The position numbers and the translations under genes were made by a program. The notes beneath the pieces are model-generated. The model was given only the letters and a program-made list of their open reading frames with translations, did not search any database and had not been told where the DNA came from. This document shows positions 39,424-48,893 of a DNA stretch of 64,000 nucleotides, one piece after another. The DNA comes from Spirochaetales bacterium (GTDB lineage: Bacteria > Spirochaetota > Spirochaetia > JABEVK01), in the NCBI GenBank assembly GCA_037142615.1, contig JBAXAI010000010.1:32001-96000 (forward strand). Reading direction: 5' to 3'. Each line of letters opens with the position of its first letter. Positions within the stretch are counted from its first letter, which is position 1.

Positions 39424-40433
39424 AACAATCCACCCGCATGATCGCGGGGCTGGCCGTTCTGGTAGCCTTGGCCTTGGCCACCTTCGCCCTGTTTATTGTG
39501 CCCGGCTTTCTGTCGGCCGCCGAAGGCCGTTACCAGGGCCGCCCCAAGGTCATCGTGCTGCTCAAAGAAAACAACAGCGCCATGACCTTCTGGAAGATTG
39601 TTCGTGAAGGGGCGGAATCGGCGGCCGAAGACGTCAACTTGGACCTCGACATCCGGGGGCCCGACAACGAAAAGGCCGTGGACCAGCAGATTCAGCAGCT
39701 CGACCAGGCCGTACGCGAAAAGCCGGCTGCCATCGTGTTGGCCGCCACCGACTTTCTGCGACTGGTGCCGGGAGTGAAGGCAGCCCGCAGCGCGGGAATC
39801 CCCATCGTTACCATGGATTCTTTCATCGCTTCGGACGACGCGCTTTCGCAGATTGGCACCGACAGCGTGGCGATGGGAGCCGAAGCGGCCCGAAGTCTGC
39901 TGAAGTTTGCAGCGCTGAAGCCAGAAGTGGCGATCTTGAGCCACATCCGCGGTTCCTCGACGGCCCTCGACCGCGAAAAAGGGGCTCAGGAAGTGCTCAA
40001 GGGCAAGGCGACGGTGCTGCCTGTGGTGTACAGCGGCGCCGACATCGCCACCGCGTACCGCCTGACCCAGGAGATTCTCGCCACGCACCCGAACCTGGGT
40101 GGCATCTTGGCGATGAACGAACCCACGACCCAGGGCGTCATCCGCGCGCTTCGCGAGTCGGGACGTGCCAACTCCATCCCGCTGGTCGGCATTGACCAGT
40201 CGTTTGAACTGCTCAAGGGCCTCGAAGAGGGGGTTCTGCGCAGCCTGATGGTTCAGCAACCCTTCAACATGGGCTATTTGAGCGTCGTGTCGGTGCGCAA
40301 TCTGCTCGATCACAAATCGGTGCCCCGAAATCAGGACACCGGTTCGATAGAAATCACCAAAGAGAATATGTTTTTGCCTGCCAACGAACAGCGGTTGTTC
40401 CCCTTTGACGAGGCCCAACCGCTGTTGAAGTAG
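39420..40433 (+). CDS. Membrane-anchored sugar-binding protein associated with the two-component system
   Basis: Peripla_BP_4-like (FWKIVREGA, QQPFNMGY); ATGA overlap with the kinase. Confidence 0.85.
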   Translation: MKQSTRMIAGLAVLVALALATFALFIVPGFLSAAEGRYQGRPKVIVLLKENNSAMTFWKIVREGAESAAEDVNLDLDIRGPDNEKAVDQQIQQLDQAVREKPAAIVLAATDFLRLVPGVKAARSAGIPIVTMDSFIASDDALSQIGTDSVAMGAEAARSLLKFAALKPEVAILSHIRGSSTALDREKGAQEVLKGKATVLPVVYSGADIATAYRLTQEILATHPNLGGILAMNEPTTQGVIRALRESGRANSIPLVGIDQSFELLKGLEEGVLRSLMVQQPFNMGYLSVVSVRNLLDHKSVPRNQDTGSIEITKENMFLPANEQRLFPFDEAQPLLK

Positions 40434-40442
40434 TTCTCGACC

Positions 40443-41441
40443 TCAAGGCGTGATGGTGCCGTCCAGGTCCCAAAGGTCTTCCCAGGTCTGACCCTCTTTC
40501 CACAGAAACACCTGACCCTTGATCAGGCGGCAGTTGCGGTCAATTCGCGATAGGGCCTGAACTTCCTGGGCGGTGAGGGGCAGCGCGATGCTGGCCTCGA
40601 GATTGGCCTGAAGGTTCTTGGCCTTCACCGAGAACGGGATGACGACATGCCCCCGCTGAAGGCCCCATTGCAAGCAGACCGTCACGGGGTGGACGCCGTG
40701 CTGCTTGGCGATCTCGACAACCACGGGGTCGTCCATGTCGACGGTGTCTTCGGGGGTGCGGTCGCGTTCGGGCCGACCAGGCGAGCCGATGGGGCTGTAA
40801 CCGATGGGCACCACCCCGTTCTTGACCACGAATTGGAGCAGTTCTGGCTGCTGAAAGTGCGGGTGCAGCTCCATTTCGTTGACAGCGGGTTTGATCCTGG
40901 CGTCGCGAAGCACAAGTTCCAGCTTGGGGATGGTCATGTTGCTGGTGCCGATCGAGCGCACCAGGCCTTGGTCGACCAAAGACTCGAGCTTGCGCCAGAT
41001 CTTCATGTAGTCGGCGTGAAGGTAGGGCTTGGCGTCGTGGGCACGGCTGGTGACATCCACCCCGGGCGCGTGGTGGTTGGGAAAAGGCCAATGGATCAAG
41101 TACAGGTCGAGGTAGTCCAAGCCCAGATCGCGCAGAGACTTTTCGAAGGCGGGGATGACGTCGGCCTCGGCGTGTTTGTTGTTCCACAGCTTCGAGGTGA
41201 TGAACAGATCTTCGCGTTTGACGCCGCCGGCCATCACCTGCTTCAGGGAAGCCCCGACCAGACGCTCGTTGTTGTACACCGCCGCGCAGTCGAAGTGACG
41301 GTAGCCGAGGCGGGCCGCCTCGAGCACGGCGGCTGCCACCTGCTCGCCCGAAACCGCGTCGGAACCGAAGGTGCCCATGCCGACCACCGGAATGCGATGG
41401 CCGTTGGAAAAGGTTTGAAAGGGAACGTCTTTGGGGTTCAT
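40443..41441 (-). CDS. Aldo/keto reductase
   Basis: GMGTF, GYRHFDCA..Y, FITSKLW, DLYLIHWP, IGTSN. Confidence 0.93.
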   Translation of the reverse strand: MNPKDVPFQTFSNGHRIPVVGMGTFGSDAVSGEQVAAAVLEAARLGYRHFDCAAVYNNERLVGASLKQVMAGGVKREDLFITSKLWNNKHAEADVIPAFEKSLRDLGLDYLDLYLIHWPFPNHHAPGVDVTSRAHDAKPYLHADYMKIWRKLESLVDQGLVRSIGTSNMTIPKLELVLRDARIKPAVNEMELHPHFQQPELLQFVVKNGVVPIGYSPIGSPGRPERDRTPEDTVDMDDPVVVEIAKQHGVHPVTVCLQWGLQRGHVVIPFSVKAKNLQANLEASIALPLTAQEVQALSRIDRNCRLIKGQVFLWKEGQTWEDLWDLDGTITP

Positions 41442-42367
41442 AGAGCCTCCTTGAGGTAGGGTTTCAGCGCCTCGACCAGCGCCGGTTCTTCGGCCGGGGT
41501 TCGTCCGGCGGGCAGGTTCACCCCGTCGAACAGATACCAGGTTTCCTGGTGATCGACACCCTGACCGGGCTCCAAGCGGGCCAGGGGTCCCAGAGTCTCT
41601 ACTTCCAGAAAGCCGGGCATGGTGAAGAACTCGCAGTTGCACCCCTGGTCGGGGTAGGTCTGTCCCTCGCGGTAGGCGAAGGTCTTGACGAACAGCTGAC
41701 GGCCTAGCTCGTAGGCCGCCCAGCCCTGGCGGTTGCCCAGGCCGAACTTCTGCTTGGTGGGCAGCGACTCGTCCTGGCGGAACTGGAGCAGGCGGTCGCC
41801 CCAGGTGAAGCGGGGATCGTTCATCCGGGTGAAGCGCCACAGCACCACCGGCCGCGCCGGGGTAAACGACACACCGTGGTCGACAAACGGTTCCTGCGGA
41901 ACCAGCGCCCGCCCGCCGGCCGCCATCACGCTCAGCGCCCACGGCGCCACGTCGATGGCCCACAGGTTTTCGTTCACCAGGCGGTGGTTCAGGTGCACCC
42001 GACCGTCTTCCAGCCGCAGTGTGATTTCCTTGCGAATCCCCGTGGTCGGTTCGGTCTTGCTCAGCAAGGTGAGCGTTGCCCCGTCCCAGCGGTGCTCCAC
42101 CGGGTCAAAGTCGGGCGCGTAGGTTCGCGGAGCCACTTCGGGGGCATGCCAGAGCCGGTGCCCACCAAAGCTCAGCCATTCGTTGCCACTGGTTTGGCCC
42201 AGGTGCTCAGCGAACTCCTTGAACAGGTTTTGCCCGCCCACGGTGCCAAACCGGATGACCCGGGGCCCCACGTCGAGGGTGACCACCAGTTCGACGCGGC
42301 CGTCGGTGAGCCTGACACAGTTCGGCCACCCCCCGTAAGCGAGCTTCTCCAGCCGGGATGCGCTCAT
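41438..42367 (-). CDS. DUF4380-like / galactose-mutarotase-fold protein
   Basis: VTLDVGPRVI, GGHRLWHAPE, EVETLGP, HQETW. Confidence 0.6.
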   Translation of the reverse strand: MSASRLEKLAYGGWPNCVRLTDGRVELVVTLDVGPRVIRFGTVGGQNLFKEFAEHLGQTSGNEWLSFGGHRLWHAPEVAPRTYAPDFDPVEHRWDGATLTLLSKTEPTTGIRKEITLRLEDGRVHLNHRLVNENLWAIDVAPWALSVMAAGGRALVPQEPFVDHGVSFTPARPVVLWRFTRMNDPRFTWGDRLLQFRQDESLPTKQKFGLGNRQGWAAYELGRQLFVKTFAYREGQTYPDQGCNCEFFTMPGFLEVETLGPLARLEPGQGVDHQETWYLFDGVNLPAGRTPAEEPALVEALKPYLKEAL

Positions 42368-43437
42368 TTGACTTCCTCGTCGAACACCACCGCCACCTTG
42401 CCACACTTGCCGCTGGCCATCAGCGAGTACGCGTCGGCGCAGTTGTCGAGAGTGAACCGGTGGGTGATGAGGGTTTCGGGGTGGATTCCCCAGCGCACGA
42501 TGCGTTCCACCAGCTCTTCCATGCGCCAGATGTTGGTCACCCAACTGCCATAGATGGTCTTCTGGTCGTGGATGATGTCGGCCGAAGGGGCAAACTGCAC
42601 CGTGCCGCCTTCGCCGATGAAGCAGATTTTTCCCCACTTGCGCGTGGCCTGGATGCAGGTCAGTCGGGCCTTGTCGTTGGCCGAGCAGTCGATGGCCTTT
42701 TCGACGCCGAAGCCGCCGGTCAGCGCCTTCACCTGCGCCACGTTGTCGGGGCCGGAGGGGAACACGTGGTCGCACAGGCCTTGGTCTTTGGCCAGGGCCA
42801 GCCGTTCGGGCACGGTGTCGGTGCCGATCACCAGCTTGGCTCCCATGGCACGGGCCAGCATGGCGGTGGCCAGGCCGACCGGCCCCAACCCGGTCACCAG
42901 CACGGCGTCGTTACCGCTGATGCCGATCTTTTCGAGGCCTTCGTACACGGTGCCGAACCCGCAGGCCACCTGGGCACCGTCGCTGTAGGTCAGCTCGTCG
43001 GGGAGCAGAACCAGGTCCTTTTCTTCGGCCAGCAGGTATTCGGCCATGCCACCGTTGCGCTGCCAGCCGTAGGCCCGGCGGTACTTTTCGCTGGTGCAGC
43101 TGATCATGTAGCCGCGCCGGCAATCGTTACACACGCCACAGCCCGAAATGTGGTACACGATGACGCGGTCACCGGTCTTGAAACGGCGGCAACCAGGGCC
43201 TTCCTGCACAATTTGGCCGCAGGGTTCGTGGCCGGCGATCATTCCGGTTTGGTAGCCTTCCGGGCCCTTGCCCGTGTGTTCGCGGTAGATGGCGCGGATG
43301 TCGGACCCGCAAATCGTCGAGCTCTTGACCCGAATCAGCACCTCGCCGTGCCCTGGGGTTGGAACCTCGAAGTAGCCCATTTGCACGGTGCTGTTTCCGG
43401 GGAGCATGGCCCCGGTCATTTTCTTGGGAATTGTCAT
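42364..43437 (-). CDS. yphC: Zn-dependent sugar/polyol dehydrogenase, YphC-like
   Basis: LPGNSTV, ICGSD, GHEPCGQI, YHISGCG.C..C, AYGWQR.GG.AEYLLAEEKDL, AYSLMASGKCGKV match E. coli YphC as I recall it. Confidence 0.8.
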   Translation of the reverse strand: MTIPKKMTGAMLPGNSTVQMGYFEVPTPGHGEVLIRVKSSTICGSDIRAIYREHTGKGPEGYQTGMIAGHEPCGQIVQEGPGCRRFKTGDRVIVYHISGCGVCNDCRRGYMISCTSEKYRRAYGWQRNGGMAEYLLAEEKDLVLLPDELTYSDGAQVACGFGTVYEGLEKIGISGNDAVLVTGLGPVGLATAMLARAMGAKLVIGTDTVPERLALAKDQGLCDHVFPSGPDNVAQVKALTGGFGVEKAIDCSANDKARLTCIQATRKWGKICFIGEGGTVQFAPSADIIHDQKTIYGSWVTNIWRMEELVERIVRWGIHPETLITHRFTLDNCADAYSLMASGKCGKVAVVFDEEVK

Positions 43438-43460
43438 TGTTTCCTCCTGCTCATAGCGCC

Positions 43461-43518
43461 ATTCTCGACCCGATTCGCGGGGCTGAACATGGATACCTCT
43501 GGCCGAAGGATGGATATT
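43461..43518 (-). promoter_or_regulatory. AraC-activated promoter of the yphC-like operon
   Basis: AATATCCATC-N11-GGTATCCATG-N21-GAGAAT. Confidence 0.6.
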
Positions 43519-43543
43519 TGTGAACCAGGAGCCGGGAGACAAC

Positions 43544-44389
43544 TTAGCTGCGCAGGCGTCGAAAGCCCTCGGGCGACTGGCCGTACACGGTTTTGAAGCA
43601 GCGGCTGAAATGGTAGGGGTCGTCATACCCGGTGAGCGCCGCGACCTCCTTGACGAGCAACTGGGGATCGAGCAACAGCGACGCTGCCAGGGCCATCCGG
43701 CACTGAACCAGAAACTGATGCGGCGTCTGTTGGTCAAACCGGCGGAACAGCCGGGCCAGGTACGACGGCGAAACCCCGCATTCCCGGGCAGCCTGCTCCA
43801 GGCCGAAGCCCTGGGTGGCCAGCTCCCGGAGCTTTTCTTTCAGGGCCCGGAACCGCCCCGAGCCCGGGTCGTTGGGCTGGGCCACGCTGCGGTCGGTGAG
43901 CAGCACCAGGATTTGCCGAACGATGAGGGAGCACACTTCGGCCCGACTGGCCTGCAAACTATCGGCGCTGGCCTTGAGATCTTCGAACAGCCGCGCCAAC
44001 GCGCCGGTGGCCGTGACCCGGCCAGGTCTGCTCTCGGGAAACGCCCGGGCAAGCAGTTCGGCCCCGAGTTCACCCGAAAAATCGACAAAGTACTTCACCA
44101 TCGACGAGGCGGGCGAGGCCTCGATCCGGTGCGCCACCCCGGGTCCGTAGCAGAACACCGAGCCCGGACCGAGCTCATGGCGGCGGCCCTCGAGCACCAG
44201 AACCCCCTGCCCCGAGGCCACAAACTCCAGCGATTGGTAACGGAAGTTGGCCCGGTCGACCACGTAGGTCGAATCACACACTTCCCGCCCGCCGCAGACC
44301 ACCGCCAACCCCGAGGTTGGCGCCGGTGAAAGGTCGAGAAAATAGTAGTCGCCGCGCTGAACCCGCTGGGACAGAAAGTTCGGTTCCAT
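43544..44389 (-). CDS. AraC family transcriptional regulator
   Basis: Cupin domain plus VKEVAALTGYDDPYHFSRCFK. Confidence 0.92.
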   Translation of the reverse strand: MEPNFLSQRVQRGDYYFLDLSPAPTSGLAVVCGGREVCDSTYVVDRANFRYQSLEFVASGQGVLVLEGRRHELGPGSVFCYGPGVAHRIEASPASSMVKYFVDFSGELGAELLARAFPESRPGRVTATGALARLFEDLKASADSLQASRAEVCSLIVRQILVLLTDRSVAQPNDPGSGRFRALKEKLRELATQGFGLEQAARECGVSPSYLARLFRRFDQQTPHQFLVQCRMALAASLLLDPQLLVKEVAALTGYDDPYHFSRCFKTVYGQSPEGFRRLRS

Positions 44390-44409
44390 GCGTTCATCGT
44401 AACACCGAC

Positions 44410-44455
44410 TTGACGGGAACGCACGCCCGGGCTACCGTGTTTGGTAACGGTTACA
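44410..44455 (+). promoter_or_regulatory. LacI gene promoter with autoregulatory operator
   Basis: TTGACG-N17-TACCGT followed by GGTAACGGTTACA. Confidence 0.65.
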
Positions 44456-44468
44456 CCCTGGAGGGCCC

Positions 44469-45446
44469 ATGGCGACGATCAAGGATGTGGCCGCTCAGGC
44501 GGGAGTTTCGGTGGCCTCGGTGTCGCGGGCGATCAACGACCCCTCGTCGGTGGCGCCGGGCACGCTGGAACGCATCAACGCCGTCATCCGCAAAACGGGC
44601 TTTGCCCCCAACAAGATCGCGCGCAGCCTCAAGGTGCAGACCAGCAAGAGCGTGGCGGTGGTGGTGCCCGACATTTCCAACCCCTTTCACCTCAAGGTGA
44701 TCAAGGGGGCCGAATCGGTGCTGGCCGCGGCGGGCTACACGCTGTTCATCATGGACACCGAAGAAAGCGCCGAAAAGGAAACCCGCTCGCTGCGCGACCT
44801 GTTTGACCGGCAGATCGACGGACTGGTGTACATCCCGGTGCTCACCAACCAGCGCCTGCCCCGGGTTCTGGCGGAGTCGCGCATTCCCTTCGTCGTGGTC
44901 GACCGAGCGCTGGGCACCGACCATGACACGGTCCTGAGCAACAACTTCGCTGGCATCTCCTTGTTGTTGAATCACTTAGCTTCCCTCGGCAAACACCGCA
45001 TTGCTCTCATCGGTGGCCCGGAAGGGACTCACCTCGGCCGGGAACGCAACCAGGCCTACCGCACGCTGGTTCGCCAGTACCGGCTCGAAGACAACCCCGC
45101 ACTGGTGCGCTGCGGCGAGTTCACCATCGAAGCCGGTTTGGCCCTGGCGCGGCAACTGGTCGCCGAGCAGTTGGCTCCCGAGGCGGTGGTGGCCGCTGCC
45201 AACTTTCTGGGCATCGGCGCGCTCAAGGCCTTTCGCGACCTCGGGGTCAAGGTGCCCGGCGACCTCGAACTGGTGGTTTTTGACGAAATGGGCGACCTGG
45301 TCGATCCCCCGATCACCCACGTGCGCCAGCAGGCCTTTGAGATGGGCGCCCAGGCCACGCGGTTTCTGCTCGAACGCCTTCAGGGGCTGACGGTCGCGCC
45401 CCGCACCGTGCTTTTTGAACCCGTCTTGTATCTCGCGCCTGCATGA
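44469..45446 (+). CDS. LacI family repressor (probable fucose operon regulator)
   Basis: MATIKDVAAQAGVSVASVSRAIN, PNKIARSL, VPDISNPF. Confidence 0.95.
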   Translation: MATIKDVAAQAGVSVASVSRAINDPSSVAPGTLERINAVIRKTGFAPNKIARSLKVQTSKSVAVVVPDISNPFHLKVIKGAESVLAAAGYTLFIMDTEESAEKETRSLRDLFDRQIDGLVYIPVLTNQRLPRVLAESRIPFVVVDRALGTDHDTVLSNNFAGISLLLNHLASLGKHRIALIGGPEGTHLGRERNQAYRTLVRQYRLEDNPALVRCGEFTIEAGLALARQLVAEQLAPEAVVAAANFLGIGALKAFRDLGVKVPGDLELVVFDEMGDLVDPPITHVRQQAFEMGAQATRFLLERLQGLTVAPRTVLFEPVLYLAPA

Positions 45447-45452
45447 AACTTC

Positions 45453-45500
45453 TTGACAGAATGAGGGGTTGGGTCTAGCCTGTTCATGTAATCGTTTACA
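45453..45500 (+). promoter_or_regulatory. fucU operon promoter with LacI-type operator
   Basis: TTGACA-N17-TAGCCT followed by TGTAATCGTTTACA. Confidence 0.75.
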
Positions 45501-45523
45501 GTCGCAACAAGAGGAGCCAACAA

Positions 45524-45955
45524 ATGCTGATGGGTATTTCGCCGGTCATCGGACCGGAACTGCTGGATGTGCTGTTTCGCATGGGGCACGGCGACGAGAT
45601 CGTGCTGGCCGACGCTTTCTTTACCGGCGACTCGCTGGGCAAACGGGTCATCCGCGCCGACGGTCTGCGCATTCCCGATCTGTTGGACGGCATACTGCGA
45701 CTGATCAACCTCGACGACTTCGTCACCGACTCACTGGTGATCATGGACCCCGTGAAGGGTGACCATCTGGACCCGAACATGGAGAAGACCTACCGCGCGG
45801 CGATCGAAAAACACTGGCCCAAGGCCCCCGCCTTCACGCGGCTGGAGCGCTTCAAGTTCTACGACCGCTCGCGGGCCGCTTTTGCGGTGGTGATGACCGG
45901 CGAAACCGTCAAGTACGGCAACATCATTCTCAAGAAAGGCGTGATTCCCGTATGA
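45524..45955 (+). CDS. fucU: L-fucose mutarotase (RbsD/FucU)
   Basis: MGHGDEIVLADA, ERFKFY, TGETVKYGNIILKKGV. Confidence 0.92.
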   Translation: MLMGISPVIGPELLDVLFRMGHGDEIVLADAFFTGDSLGKRVIRADGLRIPDLLDGILRLINLDDFVTDSLVIMDPVKGDHLDPNMEKTYRAAIEKHWPKAPAFTRLERFKFYDRSRAAFAVVMTGETVKYGNIILKKGVIPV

Positions 45956-46950
45956 CGCCCGAAGTTGTGGCGCACGGAGAGGTCCTGATCGACCTTTCGC
46001 AGCACGGTCCGGGCCCCATGGGTTACCCCGCGTACGAGGCCCTTCCCGGCGGTGGGGTGGCGAACCTGGCGGTCGCGCTGGGGCGCTGGGGCCACCGGGT
46101 CGGGTTTTCCGGCCGGGTCGGCGCCGATGCCTTGGGAACCTTGCTCCGCAAAGTGCTCGAGGACGGCAAGGTCGACACCAGCCGCCTGACCAGCGATTTT
46201 CCGCCCACCACCATGGCCATCGTTTCGCTCGATGCGCATGGCGACCGAAGTTTTGACTTCCTGTGGCAGGGAACCAGTTGCGCGGGCCTCCCTGTTGCCC
46301 TGGCCAGGCCAACTGGCCAAGCCGACAAAGCGCAACTGCCCAAGGTCTTCCATTTCAGCACCGTGTCGATGTGCGAGCCCGTGGGTTTTGCCAACAATCT
46401 GACCTCGGCACGTTCGCACAAAGAAGCCGGCGTGGCGATCAGCTTTGACCCGAACTTCCGCCCCCGCCTTTGGGAGAAGCCCGACGAAGCCCGGCGCGCC
46501 ATCCACGAGGGCTTGGCCCTGGCCGATATCGTCAAAATCAGCGAGGAAGAAGTCGCGTTCGCGCTCGGCGAACCCGCCGGAGACCCGCTCGAACAGGCCA
46601 AGAAGCTCAGAGCCCAGCTCGCGAAGGGGAAAACCCAGCCGGCGCTGCTTTTTGTCACCCTGGGCCCTCAAGGCTGCCTGTGGAACTGCGGTGGCGAATG
46701 GGGTCGGCAAACCCCGCCGCCGGTCAAGGTGGTTGATACCACGGGCGCCGGCGACTGCTTCATGGCCGGCGTGCTGCATTCGCTGCTGGTGCTGGGCAAG
46801 GCGCCTTCGCAGGTTCTCCCCGCCGAAGCGGCCGCCTTGGCGGCTTTTGGCGTCAAGACCGGTTCCTTAGCCACCACCAAACGGGGTGGCATTCCCTCGA
46901 TCCCGACTCTCGAAGAAGTGAAAGTAGACAAAGGAGTTTCTCATGGCTAA
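45952..46950 (+). CDS. PfkB family carbohydrate kinase
   Basis: [30 protein letters not shown]. Confidence 0.92.
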   Translation: MTPEVVAHGEVLIDLSQHGPGPMGYPAYEALPGGGVANLAVALGRWGHRVGFSGRVGADALGTLLRKVLEDGKVDTSRLTSDFPPTTMAIVSLDAHGDRSFDFLWQGTSCAGLPVALARPTGQADKAQLPKVFHFSTVSMCEPVGFANNLTSARSHKEAGVAISFDPNFRPRLWEKPDEARRAIHEGLALADIVKISEEEVAFALGEPAGDPLEQAKKLRAQLAKGKTQPALLFVTLGPQGCLWNCGGEWGRQTPPPVKVVDTTGAGDCFMAGVLHSLLVLGKAPSQVLPAEAAALAAFGVKTGSLATTKRGGIPSIPTLEEVKVDKGVSHG

Positions 46951-48745
46951 GAAATCAGCAGGAATCTGGAAGGCGTCGTTGCCCAAAGTTGGCATCCGCC
47001 CCACCATCGACGGTCGCCTCAATGGCGTTCGTGAATCGCTCGAAGAACAGACGATGAACTTGGCCAAGGCGGCCGCAAAGTTCATCAGCAAAAACCTGCG
47101 TCATCCCAGCGGTGAACCCGTGGAATGCGTGCTTGCCGAAACCACCATTGGCGGCGTCAACGAAGCTGCGCGTTGCCGCGAGTACTTCCGCGAACAGGGT
47201 GTGGGGCTCACGCTCACCGTCACCACCTGCTGGTGCTACGGCAGCGAAACCATGGACATGGATCCCCTGACCCCCAAGGCAGTTTGGGGCTTCAACGGCA
47301 CTGAGCGCCCCGGCGCGGTGTACTTGGCCGCCGTGTTGGCTGCTCACGCTCAGAAAGGCCTGCCCTGCTTTGGCATCTACGGCCACGATGTGCAAGAAGC
47401 CGGCGACACGAAGATCCCTGCCGACGTGCAAGAGAAGATTCTCCGGTTCGTGAAGGCCGGGCTGGCCGTGGCCACGATGCAGGGCCGCAGCTACCTCTCG
47501 ATGGGCTCGGTGTCGATGGGCATCGCGGGTTCGATCGTCAACGAGGACTTCTTCCAGAAATACCTGGGCATGCGCAACGAGTTTGTCGACATGAGCGAGT
47601 TCACCCGGCGCATCGACGAAGGCATTTACGACCCCGAGGAGTTCAAAAAGGCTTTGGCCTGGGTGAAGAAGAACTGTCCGCAAGGCCCCGACCTCAACCC
47701 GCCCAAGGCCAAGAAGAAGCAAAGCGTGCTCGACAAGGAATGGGAGTACGTGGTCAAAATGACCCTCATCGCCCGCGACCTGATGGTGGGCAACGCCCGG
47801 CTGGCCGAGCTCGGCTTTGGTGAAGAGGCTTTGGGCCGCAACGCCCTCGCCAGCGGCTTCCAGGGCCAGCGCGCCTGGACCGACCACTCGCCCAACGGCG
47901 ACTTCCTCGAGGCCATTTTGTGCAGCAGTTTTGACTGGAACGGCATCCGCGAGGCCTTCGTGGTCGCCACCGAAAACGACAGCCTCAACGGTGTCACGAT
48001 GCTCTTCAGCCACCTGCTCACCGGCACCGCTCAGGTCTTTGCCGACGTGCGCACGTACTGGAGTCCCGACTCCGTCAAGCGTGTCACGAACCACAAGCTC
48101 GAAGGCCACGCCAAGAACGGCATCATCCACCTGATCAACTCGGGGGCCGCCGCGCTCGATGGGGCCGGCGGCATGAAAGACAAGAAGGGCAACAGCGTGA
48201 TGAAACCCCTGTGGGACATCACCGACGCCGATGTCGAAGCCTCGCTGAAAGCCACGACCTGGGGACCTGCTATCACCGAATATTTCCGTGGCGGCGGTTT
48301 CAGTTCCACCTGGTCGACCGAAGGCGAAATGCCGGTGACGCTGGTGCGGCTCAATCATGTGGCTGGCGTGGGCCCCGTGCTTCAGTTGGCCGAAGGCTAC
48401 ACGGTCAACCTGCCCAAGGACGTCGCCAAGACCCTCGAGGACCGAACCAACCCCACCTGGCCGAGCACTTGGTTTGCTCCGACCCTCACGGGACAGGGTG
48501 CCTTCCGCGATGTGTACAGCGTGATGAACAACTGGGGTGCCAACCATGGTGCCTTCAGCTACGGCCATATCGGCGGCGACTTGATCGCCCTGTGCGCGCT
48601 GCTGCGCATCCCCGTGTGCATGCACAACGTGAGCGCCGAAAAGGTGTTCCGCCCGGCCTCGTGGTCGGCCTTTGGCACCTCGGAACTCGAAGGCGCCGAC
48701 TACCGCGCCTGCGCCGCGTACGGTCCCTTGTACGGGAGGGCCTAG
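46943..48745 (+). CDS. fucI: L-fucose isomerase
   Basis: [51 protein letters not shown]. Confidence 0.97.
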   Translation: MAKKSAGIWKASLPKVGIRPTIDGRLNGVRESLEEQTMNLAKAAAKFISKNLRHPSGEPVECVLAETTIGGVNEAARCREYFREQGVGLTLTVTTCWCYGSETMDMDPLTPKAVWGFNGTERPGAVYLAAVLAAHAQKGLPCFGIYGHDVQEAGDTKIPADVQEKILRFVKAGLAVATMQGRSYLSMGSVSMGIAGSIVNEDFFQKYLGMRNEFVDMSEFTRRIDEGIYDPEEFKKALAWVKKNCPQGPDLNPPKAKKKQSVLDKEWEYVVKMTLIARDLMVGNARLAELGFGEEALGRNALASGFQGQRAWTDHSPNGDFLEAILCSSFDWNGIREAFVVATENDSLNGVTMLFSHLLTGTAQVFADVRTYWSPDSVKRVTNHKLEGHAKNGIIHLINSGAAALDGAGGMKDKKGNSVMKPLWDITDADVEASLKATTWGPAITEYFRGGGFSSTWSTEGEMPVTLVRLNHVAGVGPVLQLAEGYTVNLPKDVAKTLEDRTNPTWPSTWFAPTLTGQGAFRDVYSVMNNWGANHGAFSYGHIGGDLIALCALLRIPVCMHNVSAEKVFRPASWSAFGTSELEGADYRACAAYGPLYGRA

Positions 48746-48747
48746 CC

Positions 48748-48893
48748 GTGCGTTGGCTTCAGAGCGTTGCGAGGACGGGTTCCGGCAAAGCCGTTGGCGA
48801 AGGTCGACCCGGAGCGTATCTGTGATACGTGAGGATTCGACCAAGCCGGCGGCGCAGCCGGAACCCGCCGCAGTAGCTCCGAAGCCAACACAC
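48748..48893 (+). repeat. ~146-bp palindromic repeat element (copy B)
   Basis: GTTGGCTTC/GAAGCCAAC, CGGGTTCCGGC/GCCGGAACCCG, GGTCGA/TCGACC, apical CGTATC-TGT-GATACG. Confidence 0.85.

Noticed and set aside
45485-45490. ATG-TAA start-stop after the fucU -10
   Set aside because: Only 4 nt from the -10, probably upstream of the TSS, and explained by the LacI operator sequence.
48748-48893. Integron attC site
   Set aside because: The arms read GTT...AAC, the reverse of RYYYAAC...GTTRRRY, and there is no cassette array or integrase.
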